In this document: positions 38,410-51,600 of the stretch, one piece after another
Layout of the letters: each line of letters starts with the position of its first letter
Numbering within the stretch: the stretch's first letter is position 1
Origin: Balanoglossus misakiensis
Lineage: Eukaryota; Animalia; Hemichordata
Reading direction: 5' to 3'
Length of the DNA stretch: 64,000 nucleotides
Assembly (NCBI GenBank): GCA_040954595.2
Contig: CM082591.2
Span: 7,864,047 to 7,928,046, forward strand
Notes under the pieces: model-generated
What the model was told of the DNA's origin: nothing
The model's database searches: none
Seen by the model: the letters and a program-made list of their open reading frames with translations, nothing else
Made by a program: the position numbers and the translations under genes

Positions 38410-38917
38410 CTGTGTTTAAAAGTAGCGACATATAGACACACATGGTTCAATCAGCAGACAGTCTGTCTTTTGCAACAAGACAAATGAGGGAGTTCTGAGT
38501 GAATAGGATAATTTCACAGATTCATTGTCTGTGTGCACATGCACCTGTCAATCAAACTGGGCCAATTCTAATGATATCTCTGTGTTTAAAAGTAGCGACA
38601 TATAGACACACATGGTTCAATCAGCAGACAGTGTCTTTTGCAACAAGACAAATGTGGGAGTTCTGAGTGAATCGGATAATTTCACAGATTCATTGTCTGT
38701 GTGCACATACACCTGTCAATCAAACTGGGCCAATTCTAATGATATCTCTGTGTTTAAAAGTAAGCGACATATAGACACACATGGTTCAATCAGCAGACAG
38801 TGTCTTTTGCAACAAGACAAATGTGGGAGTTCTGAGTGAATAGGATAATTTCACAGATTCATTGTCTGTGTGCACATGCACCTGTCAATCAAACTGGGCC
38901 AATTCTAATGATATCTC
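38410..38917 (+). repeat. Tandem repeat, 3 x ~169 bp
   Basis: Units start at about 38410, 38580 and 38748 (CTGTGTTTAAAAGTA...). Confidence 0.92.
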
Positions 38918-38991
38918 ACTCCACATTGGTGGTGTATGGTCACTGCATGTGCGTGGCAAGCCATGAATTGAACATGTGATATCTGCCTTCT

Positions 38992-39870
38992 CTTTTTAGC
39001 TCCACTGTCAATGATGTGGAGATTATCAGATAGGTTGATAGTCTGTCAACATGTGTACATCTGTCCATCCATCAATAATTGACTTCTTAAAGACTGCAGG
39101 TCATACATATAAGGCGCCTTCTGATTGGTTTACCGGCCCAGTAAATCCCGCAATTTCAACTGGAGCACCAGTGGGAGTTGGTCAGATGTAGTGTGAGATG
39201 ACAGCATAAAAATCCACGTCGCCGTTCCCTTCGTCTGATTTTGATCAGATTGGTTCCTATTAGGATGATCTGAGTCAGATTTGTTCAAATTTTGACAGAA
39301 TTTGCATATTTGTATTTTTGAGGCAAGGTTCGTGGGTTTTGGTGAAAAAAAATTATCTTCTCTGACACAACCAGATTGATTATTTCAAAATTTGGTATGC
39401 AAGTTCCTAGGAGTGACCTTAATAATTTTTGTTCAAATTGTGGTAAAATTTGCATTTTGAAGGCAATTTTAGCCATTGGGTAGGACAATCTTCTCAGAAA
39501 CTGTTTGTCCAATTCCTTACATTGTCAGATGGGAGCATATATTGCCTTATAATTTGGTATGCAGGTCCAAAGGGTGCTCTAAGAAACAAATGTGATGGAA
39601 TTTGTAATATTGTATTTTTACATTTTTTTCAACTTTTGGTTTTAAAAAAAGTCTTGAAAATTCCATGTGTGCAAATTGTTTTGAACTCTGGTGTGAAGGT
39701 CCCTGGTCAAATTTCTTTTAATTTTGACAAATGTTTTATTAGTATATTTTAAGTTAAATTTGCCTTTGAACTCTGCTGTTTGAAGTTTGTCCAAGTCTCA
39801 AGAGAAGTGCGCACTTAATTCAGAATCATTTTGAAAGTTCACAGTGGAGCAGTATTAGCCACATGGGGTA
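38992..39870 (+). mobile_element. Helentron-associated non-autonomous element (HINE/DINE-like)
   Basis: TTTTTAGCTCCACTG start, GTCCATCC microsatellite, internal TCTTCTC...AAATTTGGTATGCA repeats, subterminal inverted CAGTGGAGC near the end. Confidence 0.6.
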
Positions 39871-40706
39871 CAGGGTAGGGGGTGAGGGGGGATGTCATCA
39901 AAGCAAATCCACTGACTTCCCCTCCCCAGGCTAGAGAAAATGACCAGTCCCTTACAGGGACTAAAATCATCCACTATGTTGCTAGTTTCATGACATCGTC
40001 TGTAATGGGTGGTGTAACCTAATTTTTCAGTAAAATGAATCTGTATTGCAATTTATTTATTTATGATGTAATTGTCATGGTCAAGACTGGATGTAAATTT
40101 ATGATTCTCACATGGAAATAAAAAGACATGACAAACCAGAAATAGTTTCCTATGTTTTAATTTGGTTTGTATGTAATGAATTTGATTGTCCTTGTCATCA
40201 TATCCGTGCTGCAGCTGTGAGATCGATGGATTGTTCTAAGCTGGATAATTCGATTCTCCTCAAAACAACGAGTACAGATCGTCAATGGACGCCATTTTGA
40301 AAATCGCACGACTTCTCAATATTAAAAGCCGAAAGGTTTGTGGTAAATTCCAAACCGATCATCGAAAAAGGCGCTTGTCAACGGGTTTTTACGTTTACTA
40401 TTTACATGAAAATGGCAACAAAAACGAAAAAAATCGTAAGCATTTTGCTGGTCACTGTGGTTAAATTCCAGTGTCTGTTCAAACAAAAGAATGTAAAGTA
40501 ATGACCGGTCCTATACAACCAAGCTACACATAAATATGCGTTGATCTATCAAAATTTGCGTGAATGAATATGAAAAATCACAAAAACGTGACGTCAAATG
40601 ATTTTCAGTTGTATTTCAAATCACGCGTTACAAAAAATTCCCAGTAAATGCCATCTACTAGGCAAGTCAGAACGAACAAAAAATCGCTAGAAAATCGAGA
40701 TTGACT

Positions 40707-40969
40707 AAAAGGGACTGTTCAGAATTTAGTTCCAGGGTGGGGCCAGAGGATTTTCCTGGTGACTTTTTTACATGCCCCCCCCCCCCCCCCTAGTAAATTG
40801 TGGAGGAAATCTGTGGTCCCTCTTAAATTTCCTAGGATTTCTCCATGGCCCCTCTAAAGGATTGTGATTTTTATGTCTGGTCCCCCCTAATTTTTCTTGG
40901 AGAAAATGGGTGGTCCCCCCCCCCTGAAAATCCTCCGCCCCCTGGAAGTAAATTCTGAACAGTCCCTTA
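40707..40969. mobile_element. Harbinger-type MITE
   Basis: GGGACTGTTCAGAATTTA...TAAATTCTGAACAGTCCC-TTA. Confidence 0.7.
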
Positions 40970-41296
40970 AAAGTTATTTATCAAAATACACCCAAGTTGA
41001 ATGTCCAATTCAATATGGCTGCTTTTGTCGCCATAACAACAGAAGTCATTTACCTGTAAAATTATTAATCATTGTCTTCAAACGCGTGTGGGAGAATAAA
41101 ATGAACATGTTGCAGGTCTGTTCTCAGTCAGTAGAGCCAATTCTCAGGGTTGTAAACAACAAAAAATAGGAACAAATGTGAGTTTTGTATTTCATACACT
41201 TCTATTTCCACGAGGGAATGTCTACATGTCAACCTGAATTGTCAGCTTCATTGATGAAGAATTGTGTTCATTTGACTTGTGAAGGTACTGTTTATG

Positions 41297-41302
41297 AATA
41301 AA
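41297..41302 (+). promoter_or_regulatory. Candidate poly(A) signal for GNPTAB
   Basis: AATAAA about 30 nt before the satellite; assignment to GNPTAB is inferred. Confidence 0.35.
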
Positions 41303-41334
41303 TATGAAAATAATTCCAAATGCTGTTTTAACTT

Positions 41335-44300
41335 GGATGTGTTTGAATGAGGCATTTTTGAAAGCTTTTGAATTTTATAACATGGAAAATCCTGAAGAAA
41401 AACAAAATATCTGGATGGAAACTTGATCTAACCAATGAAGAAATCCTAGAATCTCAATTGCTCATACTTTGTGCATGAATGTAAAGCATGATTAGAACAT
41501 GGATGTGTTTGAATGAGGCATTTTTGAAAGCCTTTGAATTTTATAACGTGGAAAATCCTGAAGAAAAAAAAATATCTGGATGGAAACTTGATCTAACCAA
41601 TGAAGAAATCCTATAATCTCAGTTGCTCATGCTTTATGCATGAATGTAAAGCATGATTAGCACATGGATGTGTTTGAATGAGGCATTTTTGAAAGCTTTT
41701 GAATTTTTTAAAATGGAAAATCCTGAAGAAAAACAAAATATCTGGATGGAAACTTGATCTAACCAATGAAGAAATCCTAGAATCTCAGTTGCTCATGCTT
41801 TGTGCATGAATGTAAAGCATGATTATCACATGGATGTGTTTGAATGAGGCATTTTTGAAAGCCTTTGAATTTTATAACATGGAAAATCCTGAAGAAAAAA
41901 AAATATCTGGATGGAAACTTGATCTAACCAATGAAGAAATCCTAGAATCTCAGTTGCTCATGCTTTGTGCATGAATGTAAAGCATGATTAGCACATGGAT
42001 GTGTTTGAATGAGGCATTTTTGAAAGCCTTTGAATTTTATAACATGGAAAATCCTGAAGAAGAAAAAATATCTGGATGGAAACTTGATCTAACCAATGAA
42101 GAAATCATAGAATCTCAGTTGCTCATGCTTTGTGCATGAATGTAAGCATGATTAGCACATGGATATGTTTGAATGAGGCATTTTTGAAAGCCTTTGAATT
42201 TTATAACATGGAAAATCCTGAAGAAGAAAAAATATCTGGATGGAAACTTGATCTAACCAATGGAGAAATCCTAGAATCTCAGTTGCTCATGCTTTGTGCA
42301 TGAATGTAAAGCATGATTAGCACATGGATATGTTTGAATGAGGCATTTTTGAAAGCCTTTGAATTTTATAACATGGAAAATCCTGAAGAAGAAAAAATAT
42401 CTGGATGGAAACTTGATCTAACCAATGAAGAAATCCTAGAATCTCAGTTGCTCATGCTTTGTGCATGAATGTAAGCATGATTAGCACATGGATATGTTTG
42501 AATGAGGCATTTTTGAAAGCCTTTGAATTTTATAACATGGAAAATCCTGAAGAAGAAAAAATATCTGGATGGAAACTTGATCTAACCAATGAAGAAATCA
42601 TAGAATCTCAGTTGCTCATGCTTTGTGCATGAATGTAAGCATGATTAGCACATGGATATGTTTGAATGAGGCATATTTGAAAGCCTTTGAATTTTATAAC
42701 ATGGAAAATCCTGAAGAAGAAAAAATATCTGGATGGAAACTTGATCTAACCAATGGAGAAATCCTAGAATCTCAGTTGCTCATGCTTTGTGCATGAATGT
42801 AACCATGATTAGCACATGGATGTGTTTGAATGAGGCATTTTTGAAAGCCTTTGAATTTTATAACATGGAAAATCCTGAAGAAGAAAAAATATCTGGATGG
42901 AAACTTGATCTAACCAATGAAGAAATCATAGAATCTCAGTTGCTCATGCTTTGTGCATGAATGTAAGCATGATTAGCACATGGATATGTTTGAATGAGGC
43001 ATTTTTGAAAGCCTTTGAATTTTATAACATGGAAAATCCTGAAGAAGAAAAAATATCTGGATGGAAACTTGATCTAACCAATGGAGAAATCCTAGAATCT
43101 CAGTTGCTCATGCTTTGTGCATGAATGTAAAGCATGATTAGCACATGGATATGTTTGAATGAGGCATTTTTGAAAGCCTTTGAATTTTATAACATGGAAA
43201 ATCCTGAAGAAGAAAAAATATCTGGATGGAAACTTGATCTAACCAATGAAGAAATCCTAGAATCTCAGTTGCTCATGCTTTGTGCATGAATGTAAAGCAT
43301 GATTAGCACATGGATGTGTTTGAATGAGGCATTTTTGAAAGCCTTTGAATTTTATAACATGGAAAATCCTGAAGAAGAAAAAATATCTGGATGGAAACTT
43401 GATCTAACCAATGAAGAAATCATAGAATCTCAGTTGCTCATGCTTTGTGCATGAATGTAAAGCATGATTAGCACATGGATGTGTTTGAATGAGGCATTTT
43501 TGAAAGCCTTTGAATTTTATAACATGGAAAATCCTGAAGAAGAAAAAATATCTGGATGGAAACTTGATCTAACCAATGAAGAAATCATAGAATCTCAGTT
43601 GCTCATGCTTTGTGCATGAATGTAAGCATGATTAGCACATGGATATGTTTGAATGAGGCATTTTTGAAAGCCTTTGAATTTTATAACATGGAAAATCCTG
43701 AAGAAGAAAAAATATCTGGATGGAAACTTGATCTAACCAATGGAGAAATCCTAGAATCTCAGTTGCTCATGCTTTGTGCATGAATGTAAAGCATGATTAG
43801 CACATGGATATGTTTGAATGAGGCATTTTTGAAAGCCTTTGAATTTTATAACATGGAAAATCCTGAAGAAGAAAAAATATCTGGATGGAAACTTGATCTA
43901 ACCAATGAAGAAATCATAGAATCTCAGTTGCTCATGCTTTGTGCATGAATGTAAGCATGATTAGCACATGGATATGTTTGAATGAGGCATTTTTGAAAGC
44001 CTTTGAATTTTATAACATGGAAAATCCTGAAGAAGAAAAAATATCTGGATGGAAACTTGATCTAACCAATGGAGAAATCCTAGAATCTCAGTTGCTCATG
44101 CTTTGTGCATGAATGTAAAGCATGATTAGCACATGGATATGTTTGAATGAGGCATTTTTGAAAGCCTTTGAATTTTATAACATGGAAAATCCTGAAGAAG
44201 AAAAAATATCTGGATGGAAACTTGATCTAACCAATGGAGAGATCCTAGAATCTCAGTTGCTCATGCTTTGTGCATGAATGTAACCATGATTAGCACATGG

Positions 44301-46268
44301 ATATGTTTGAATGAGGCATTTTTGAAAGCCTTTGAATTTTATAACATGGAAAATCCTGAAGAAGAAAAAATATCTGGATGGAAACTTGATCTAACCAATG
44401 GAGAAATCCTAGAATCTCAGTTGCTCATGCTTTGTGCATGAATGTAAAGCATGATTAGCACATGGATATGTTTGAATGAGGCATTTTTGAAAGCCTTTGA
44501 ATTTTATAACATGGAAAATCCTGAAGAAGAAAAAATATCTGGATGGAAACTTGATCTAACCAATGGAGAAATCCTAGAATCTCAGTTGCTCATGCTTTGT
44601 GCATGAATGTAAAGCATGATTAGCACATGGATATGTTTGAATGAGGCATTTTTGAAAGCCTTTGAATTTTATAACATGGAAAATCCTGAAGAAGAAAAAA
44701 TATCTGGATGGAAACTTGATCTAACCAATGAAGAAATCCTAGAATCTCAGTTGCTCATGCTTTGTGCATGAATGTAAGCATGATTAGCACATGGATATGT
44801 TTGAATGAGGCATTTTTGAAAGCCTTTGAATTTTATAACATGGAAAATCCTGAAGAAGAAAAAATATCTGGATGGAAACTTGATCTAACCAATGGAGAAA
44901 TCCTAGAATCTCAGTTGCTCATGCTTTGTGCATGAATGTAAAGCATGATTAGCACATGGATATGTTTGAATGAGGCATTTTTGAAAGCCTTTGAATTTTA
45001 TAACATGGAAAATCCTGAAGAAGAAAAAATATCTGGATGGAAACTTGATCTAACCAATGAAGAAATCATAGAATCTCAGTTGCTCATGCTTTGTGCATGA
45101 ATGTAAGCATGATTAGCACATGGATATGTTTGAATGAGGCATTTTTGAAAGCCTTTGAATTTTATAACATGGAAAATCCTGAAGAAGAAAAAATATCTGG
45201 ATGGAAACTTGATCTAACCAATGGAGAAATCCTAGAATCTCAGTTGCTCATGCTTTGTGCATGAATGTAAAGCATGATTAGCACATGGATATGTTTGAAT
45301 GAGGCATTTTTGAAAGCCTTTGAATTTTATAACATGGAAAATCCTGAAGAAGAAAAAATATCTGGATGGAAACTTGATCTAACCAATGGAGAAATCCTAG
45401 AATCTCAGTTGCTCATGCTTTGTGCATGAATGTAAAGCATGATTAGCACATGGATATGTTTGAATGAGGCATTTTTGAAAGCCTTTGAATTTTATAACAT
45501 GGAAAATCCTGAAGAAGAAAAAATATCTGGATGGAAACTTGATCTAACCAATGAAGAAATCCTAGAATCTCAGTTGCTCATGCTTTGTGCATGAATGTAA
45601 AGCATGATTAGCACATGGATGTGTTTGAATGAGGCATTTTTGAAAGCCTTTGAATTTAATAACGTGGAAAATCCTGAAGAAAAAAAAATATCTTGAAGGA
45701 AACTTGATCTAAGCAATGATGAAATCATAGAATCTCAGTTGCTTATGCTTTGTGCATGAATGTAAAGCATGATTAGCACATGGATGTGTTTGAATGAGGC
45801 ATTTTTGAAAGCCTTTGAATTTTATAACATGGAAAATCCTGAAGAAAAAAAAGATATCTGGATGGAAACTTGATCTAACCAATGAAGAAATCCTAGAATC
45901 TCAATTGCTCATGCTTTGTGAATGAATGTAACCATGATTAGCACATGGATGTGTTTGAATGAGGCATTTTTGAAAGCCTTTGAATTTTATAACATGGAAA
46001 ATCCTGAAGAAGAAAAAATATCTGGATGGAAACTTGATCTAACCAATGAAGAAATCATAGAATCATCAGTTGCTCATGCTTTGTGCATGAATGTAAAGCA
46101 TGATTAGCACATGGATGTGTTTGAATGAGGCATTTTTGAAAGCCTTTGAATTTTATAACGTGGAAAATCCTGAAGAAGAAAAAATATCTGGATGGAAACT
46201 TGATCTAACCAATGAAGAAATCCTAGAATCTCAGTTGCTCATGCTTTGTGCATGAATGTAAAGCATGA
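41335..46268. repeat. Satellite array, ~30 x 164-165 bp
   Basis: Unit CATGGAT(A/G)TGTTTGAATGAGGC...GCATGATTAGCA repeated head to tail, homogeneous in the centre. Confidence 0.98.
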
Positions 46269-46303
46269 TCAAACACACAGGTATTGATTTTATCACATTC
46301 TCA

Positions 46304-46319
46304 TTTATTTCAGTTTATT
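46304..46319 (-). promoter_or_regulatory. Two candidate poly(A) signals for the minus-strand gene
   Basis: TTTATT x2 on + (AATAAA on -) about 35-50 nt from the right edge of the satellite. Confidence 0.4.
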
Positions 46320-47862
46320 TACTTTGGTGCTACATGTAGATATATGTTGCCAAGAAAACTGACTTACATGTACATAGTAGTTGTGACACACAAACACATC
46401 ACCCAACACGTTCACTAATATAGTACAAATTCTAGATTACAACTGATGGGGTATCTGACTTGCAAAACTTTTACAAATCCGTTCTACAATCATGGGATAG
46501 TTTTTCCATAAGTTCTTGCATCAAGTTCAATAGTAACACGACTCTTGACTATTGATAAAGTCAATGCCATATACAGATGTATACTTTCTCAATTATGCAT
46601 TCAAGTACATCTTAAATTTAAACAAATTCAAAGTATAATACAGCAAATACAAACATACTGTAGTTATTTACAACACAAATTTAAAAACTACCGGCCTCGA
46701 AGTTTACTCCCCATAAAAATGTCACTATAGTTGTCTACTCAAATAACTTAACTGTACTTCACAAGAAAACAAAACAATATACAGAATCATAAAATTTGTG
46801 CAAAAGTCATCTCTAGACAAGCTTAGGAGGACTTTCCTCAAAACGTACACTTTGTACAGCTCTGGGCAACAGTTGGCCCAGTCGGCCTGATAGCAAAAAT
46901 GGTCATAGCGCCCCCTGCCGGCGGTGTGCCTTATGAACCAAGAATACTTTATCTTTTCGTAAAGTAGTTGACTTTCAGCCAGTACAGCAAATTTTTACTT
47001 TTTGAAATCCAGTGAAACAAAATAAAAATAGTCGACATTCTTTACATATCTCATAAAAACTGCAAAGTCGTTCTGCAGCGTAGTCTCATGTCAGAGTCTC
47101 GATCGAGCTAGCTGCAAGTGCGCCCTCTACACCGTTAAAAACAAAATGTAAAAGATTGTCGTTCACATCCCTTGTTCATATATTTTTGAAATAACAACAA
47201 TTTCGGACTAACGAATGGTAATCTATATAAATTACAACGCAATACATATCAGGCGATTTACAGGTAAGTTTTTAGAATTATTTTGCACACATAAATTGAT
47301 GAATCGCCTTCATCCTTTCGGATGCAATGGAGATCTGACGGAAGGTGGACTGTACATCATAACTTTCAGACCCCTCCATGTCAAAATTCATGAAAAAAAC
47401 GAGTAAAAATATTCCAAAACGACTTAGATTTGGATTATTTATACTCGTTACATGAAGCGACTGTAGACTGAAATATTATTTTTCCAAAATGGTCTTTGTA
47501 AATGTGGAAAAGAGAACAGAATTTTTGATTGTTTACATGCCAAGTTGACGAAATGCATTCAGTTTCAAACAGTCTTGTATCAAAATCCCTCAAAATAAAC
47601 TGCAAAAATAATTCAAAACAGCCTTAATTTATTTTGTCAACACTCAGTACATGTAGCGACTGCACCTACTACTAATTTCTGTTCCGAATTTTACTTCAAA
47701 ATGTGGAAAATAACTCCAAAAATTGTGAAAGTGACATTGGTTCAGTTTGAACTTTGTTGCCATGGCATGCGATCAATCGTAAATTTATCGACGCTGCCTC
47801 TAAATTTTCTCCCAAATTTCACTGTTTTTGATGTCGTGTGGACATGTATTTCATGGTGATGT

Positions 47863-48680
47863 TTATGTCTGCTTGTGGAATACTTTGATTTGGTCGCTGT
47901 ACCACTCTCCAACAGCAATACTGTCACCGCTGACTGCAAGGAAGCAGGGGAGTCTCACCTCACCTTCAAATAAGTGACAGATCCACTCTCCATCAAATCT
48001 CCATTTCACAATCCTTTGATTATACCGATCACACACGAACAAATTATCGTCGTCATCAACGTCAATGCTGCGTGGACGCCACAGCTGACCAGGACCTGAA
48101 CCTTCCACACCAAATTGATACAAGAATTTCAATTCAGCATCAAAACACTTGATGCAGTAATTGTGACAGTCAGACACCATGATGACATTCTTACTGTTGA
48201 CCACCACAGAGTATGGGGAACGGAATTGTGTTTGGCCATCACCTTCACCACCAACCTCTGCAACATACTGACCATCTTGGGTGTACTTGAGTAGCCGATG
48301 ACCTGTGACCTCAGTGACCAAAACAAATCCATTCAGTAAAGCGATGCCCCTGGCATGGACGCCTGCAGGTAGAGTAATTATTCTAAGAATTTTATTGTTT
48401 TGATCACAAACAACAATTTGAGAATTTCCATCGTCACTTATGAAGTAGATGTTGTCATGGGAGACAGCTACATCCCGTGGCTGGAATGGCTTTGCAAACT
48501 GACCATCAAAACTTCCCAAGACTTTGTCACAGGTGTAATCTTGATTCAGTATCTGTACAACCCTGTTGCCTTGGTCACACACCACCAGTTTGTCACCATG
48601 GAACACCATACCCCATGTCTCTTTAAACTTTCGCCCTGGCTTTGGACTTTGGCCATCCAGTGTCCTCACTGACCAGTGAC
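47863..48680 (-). CDS. Exon 8: NHL-repeat beta-propeller (TRIM2/TRIM71-like)
   Basis: FQPRDVAV, FRSPYSVVVN..NVIMVSDCHNYCIKCF, GQLWRPRSIDVD...VCDRYNQRI; ends in TAA. Confidence 0.9.
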
Positions 48681-51600
48681 CTGTTAGGTGAAACAGAGGT
48701 CAAAGGTCAAACATGCTGTACCCTATTGAAATGCATTAGGATTGTGTTAGATTAGTGTTTTATTGTTCATTTTAACAAGAGAAAACATATTACAAAAGAA
48801 ACGAATCATTGCTATGACAACTGAACTACTAAAGGGCAGTTTCTCTACACAATGTTTACAGTGACAAGTAACCATGGCAACGAGACTAACCCCCAGTTTC
48901 TGGAACTATTTCTTTTTTTCTGCAATACCGAGGAAGAAATTTACTGTGTCTCTTTGTTGACAGATTATTATAATATGCATGAAAGACATTCTATTTAACC
49001 ATTCAATAGATATACTAACATTGATGTTGCTATGGTAACACATTTGAGGAAATCAGGTCAAAAATAATATTTTTCGTGTAACTTTTGACTTCATAGACAT
49101 TTCATAAAAAATCTTGCACTAAACTTCAGGGATAATTTCTTATATCATTATTTTTCTGAACAAATTTATTATGGTAACATTATTAACTGGTAACCATGAC
49201 AACTGAATTTATTTTGAAAAATATTGCATTATGCAAGAGTTCTAAAGTGTTTCAATATAACTTCTTTTACCAAATCGAATTAATGCTTGGATAAATTTTC
49301 TGTTAAAGTACTCTATATGTTTGAAGTCTCTCAATACCAAGTAACCGTGGTAACATACATGGAACAGATCAGTAAAACAATGATCATTGTTTTTTAATTT
49401 TAAAGATGGTTATGTTGAATATATTGATTTTGATATTTCTTGAAAACATGTTTACAATCATTTTGAACCAAATACACATACACTAGTTAGTAGGTCAGCA
49501 AGTTCTTGGTTTGTGTTATAGGTCGGAAAAGAAAAATGCCGTATGAATGAGATGAATATACATTTGTTTCTTATTCTAGTTGACCAGAGATGGTCTGCTT
49601 TCAAATCAGTAATTATCACATTGGTGAAGAGAGAACAAATCTACTGTCCTCAGCTGAGAAGGCTGCCACTTTCTGAGACCAAGTGAGTATTTTTGTTGAA
49701 CAAATGCATGAGAAAATAATTGTTGTAACTTTAACTTCAGAGAATTTACTGATAATGTTGTCCTATAATAGTGGGCTACTTGAAACGAAAATAGACTATT
49801 GAAAATGGTAAAATATTTTGAGTAAAACCTGCAGTCACTTTAGGATGAGTCATGATAATGGTCTGTCTCAACACCACTGGCTGTTCCAGATTTTCACTTG
49901 GATAAAAAATATTGGTAAGTCCCTAATTTGAATTTCATAATTTTAATTGTACTATGAATGCAGTGGGGTAAGCTAAATGTATAAAACATTTTCGTACAGT
50001 GCTATTAACCCTATTACCACCATGGTTTGGTCCAAGTCCATCATTTTCTATGGTAAATGTGGATCTCTATAGAGGGAACTAGGGGGTAAAGGGTTAACAT
50101 GTGGTCCTTGAGGAAACACTGAAAGACTATTAGCCACTGATGCTTTACTCTGAACAGATGATTCCAGTGAAATGTGTACTTTTACATTTAGCCTCGACAT
50201 TTTCTGAGCATGTCAGGTTTCATTGCCTTACCTTTCTCACCTGTAGTCTGTCTTTCTTTTGACTTTGGTTCATCTTGTTTGGTTAGGTCTGTAGACCCAG
50301 ATGCCTCTTCTCTTGTTGTCTCAGGTTGTGTTGGTTTGGTTTTGGCATCCCCCGTTTCTTTTTCTGCAGTTGTCTCAGGTTGTGGATGTTTGGTTTCCCC
50401 CGATCCAGTTTCTTCTTCTCTTCTCATCTCAGGTTGTGTTGGTTTGGTTTTGGCATCCCCAGTTTCTTTTTCTGCAGTTGTCTCAGGTTGTGTTGGTTTG
50501 GTTTTGGCATCCCCAGTTTCTTTTTCTGCAGTTGTCTCTGGTTGTGGATGTTTGGTTTCCCCCGATCCAGTTTCTTCTTCTCTTCTCATCTCAGGTTGTG
50601 TTGGTTTGGTTTTGGCATCCCCAGTTTCTTTTTCTGCAGTTGTCTCTGGTTGTGGATGTTTGGTTTCCCCCGATCCAGTTTCTTCTTCTCTTCTCATCTC
50701 AGGTTGTGTTGGTTTGGTTTTGGCATCCCCAGTTTCTTTTTCTGCAGTTGTCTCTGGTTGTGGATGTTTGGTTTCCCCCGATCCAGTTTCTTCTTCTCTT
50801 CTCATCTCAGGTTGTGTTGGTTTGGTTTTGGCATCCCCAGTTTCTTTTTCTGCAGTTGTCTCAGGTTGTGGATGTTTGGTTTCCCCCGATCCAGTTTCTT
50901 CTTCTCTTCTCATCTCAGGTTGTGTTGGTTTGGTTTTGGCATCCCCATTTTCTTTTTCTGCAGTTGTCTCAGGTTGTGGATGTTTGGTTTCCCCCGATCC
51001 AGTTTCTTCTTCTCTTCTCATCTCAGGTTGTGTTGGTTTGGTTTTGGCATCCCCATTTTCTTTTTCTGCAGTTGTCTCAGGTTGTGGATGTTTGGTTTCC
51101 CCCGATCCAGTTTCTTCTTCTCTTCTCATCTCGGGTTGTGTTGGTTTGGTTTTGGCATCCCCAGTTTCTTTTTCTGCAGTTGTCTCAGGTTGTGGATGTT
51201 TGGTTTCCCCCGATCCAGTTACTTCTTCTCTTCTCATCTCAGGTTGTGTTGGTTTGGTTTTGGCATCCCCAGTTTCTTTTTCTGCAGTTGTCTCAGGTTG
51301 TGGATGTTTGGTTTCCCCCGATCCAGTTTCTTCTTCTCTTCTCATCTCAGGTTGTGTTGGTTTGGTTTTGGCATCCCCAGTTTCTTTTTCCTCAGTAGTT
51401 TCAGTATCACCAGCTTTAATTCAAAATTGAAATGACAAGACACAAATTTAATTCCCTTGAGATTGTAATGTTAATAAATATATCTTCAGAAGCCTGATAA
51501 AGAGTGTTGAAAATTAAACAGAATATGGTGACCTCAGTTTAAAGTAGAAAACAAATCAGAAACATTCTCGTATACAGTTAATGATAGTGAAAATTGAAGC

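Noticed and set aside
41335-46268. CRISPR-like array or repeated ORF (45922-46107)
   Set aside because: Units are contiguous with no unique spacers, no cas genes are present, the context is eukaryotic, and most unit lengths or stops break the frame
50210-51435. Three long plus-strand ORFs (406, 365 and 369 aa)
   Set aside because: Shadows of the 108-bp repeat; only the minus frame has splice sites that join neighbouring exons
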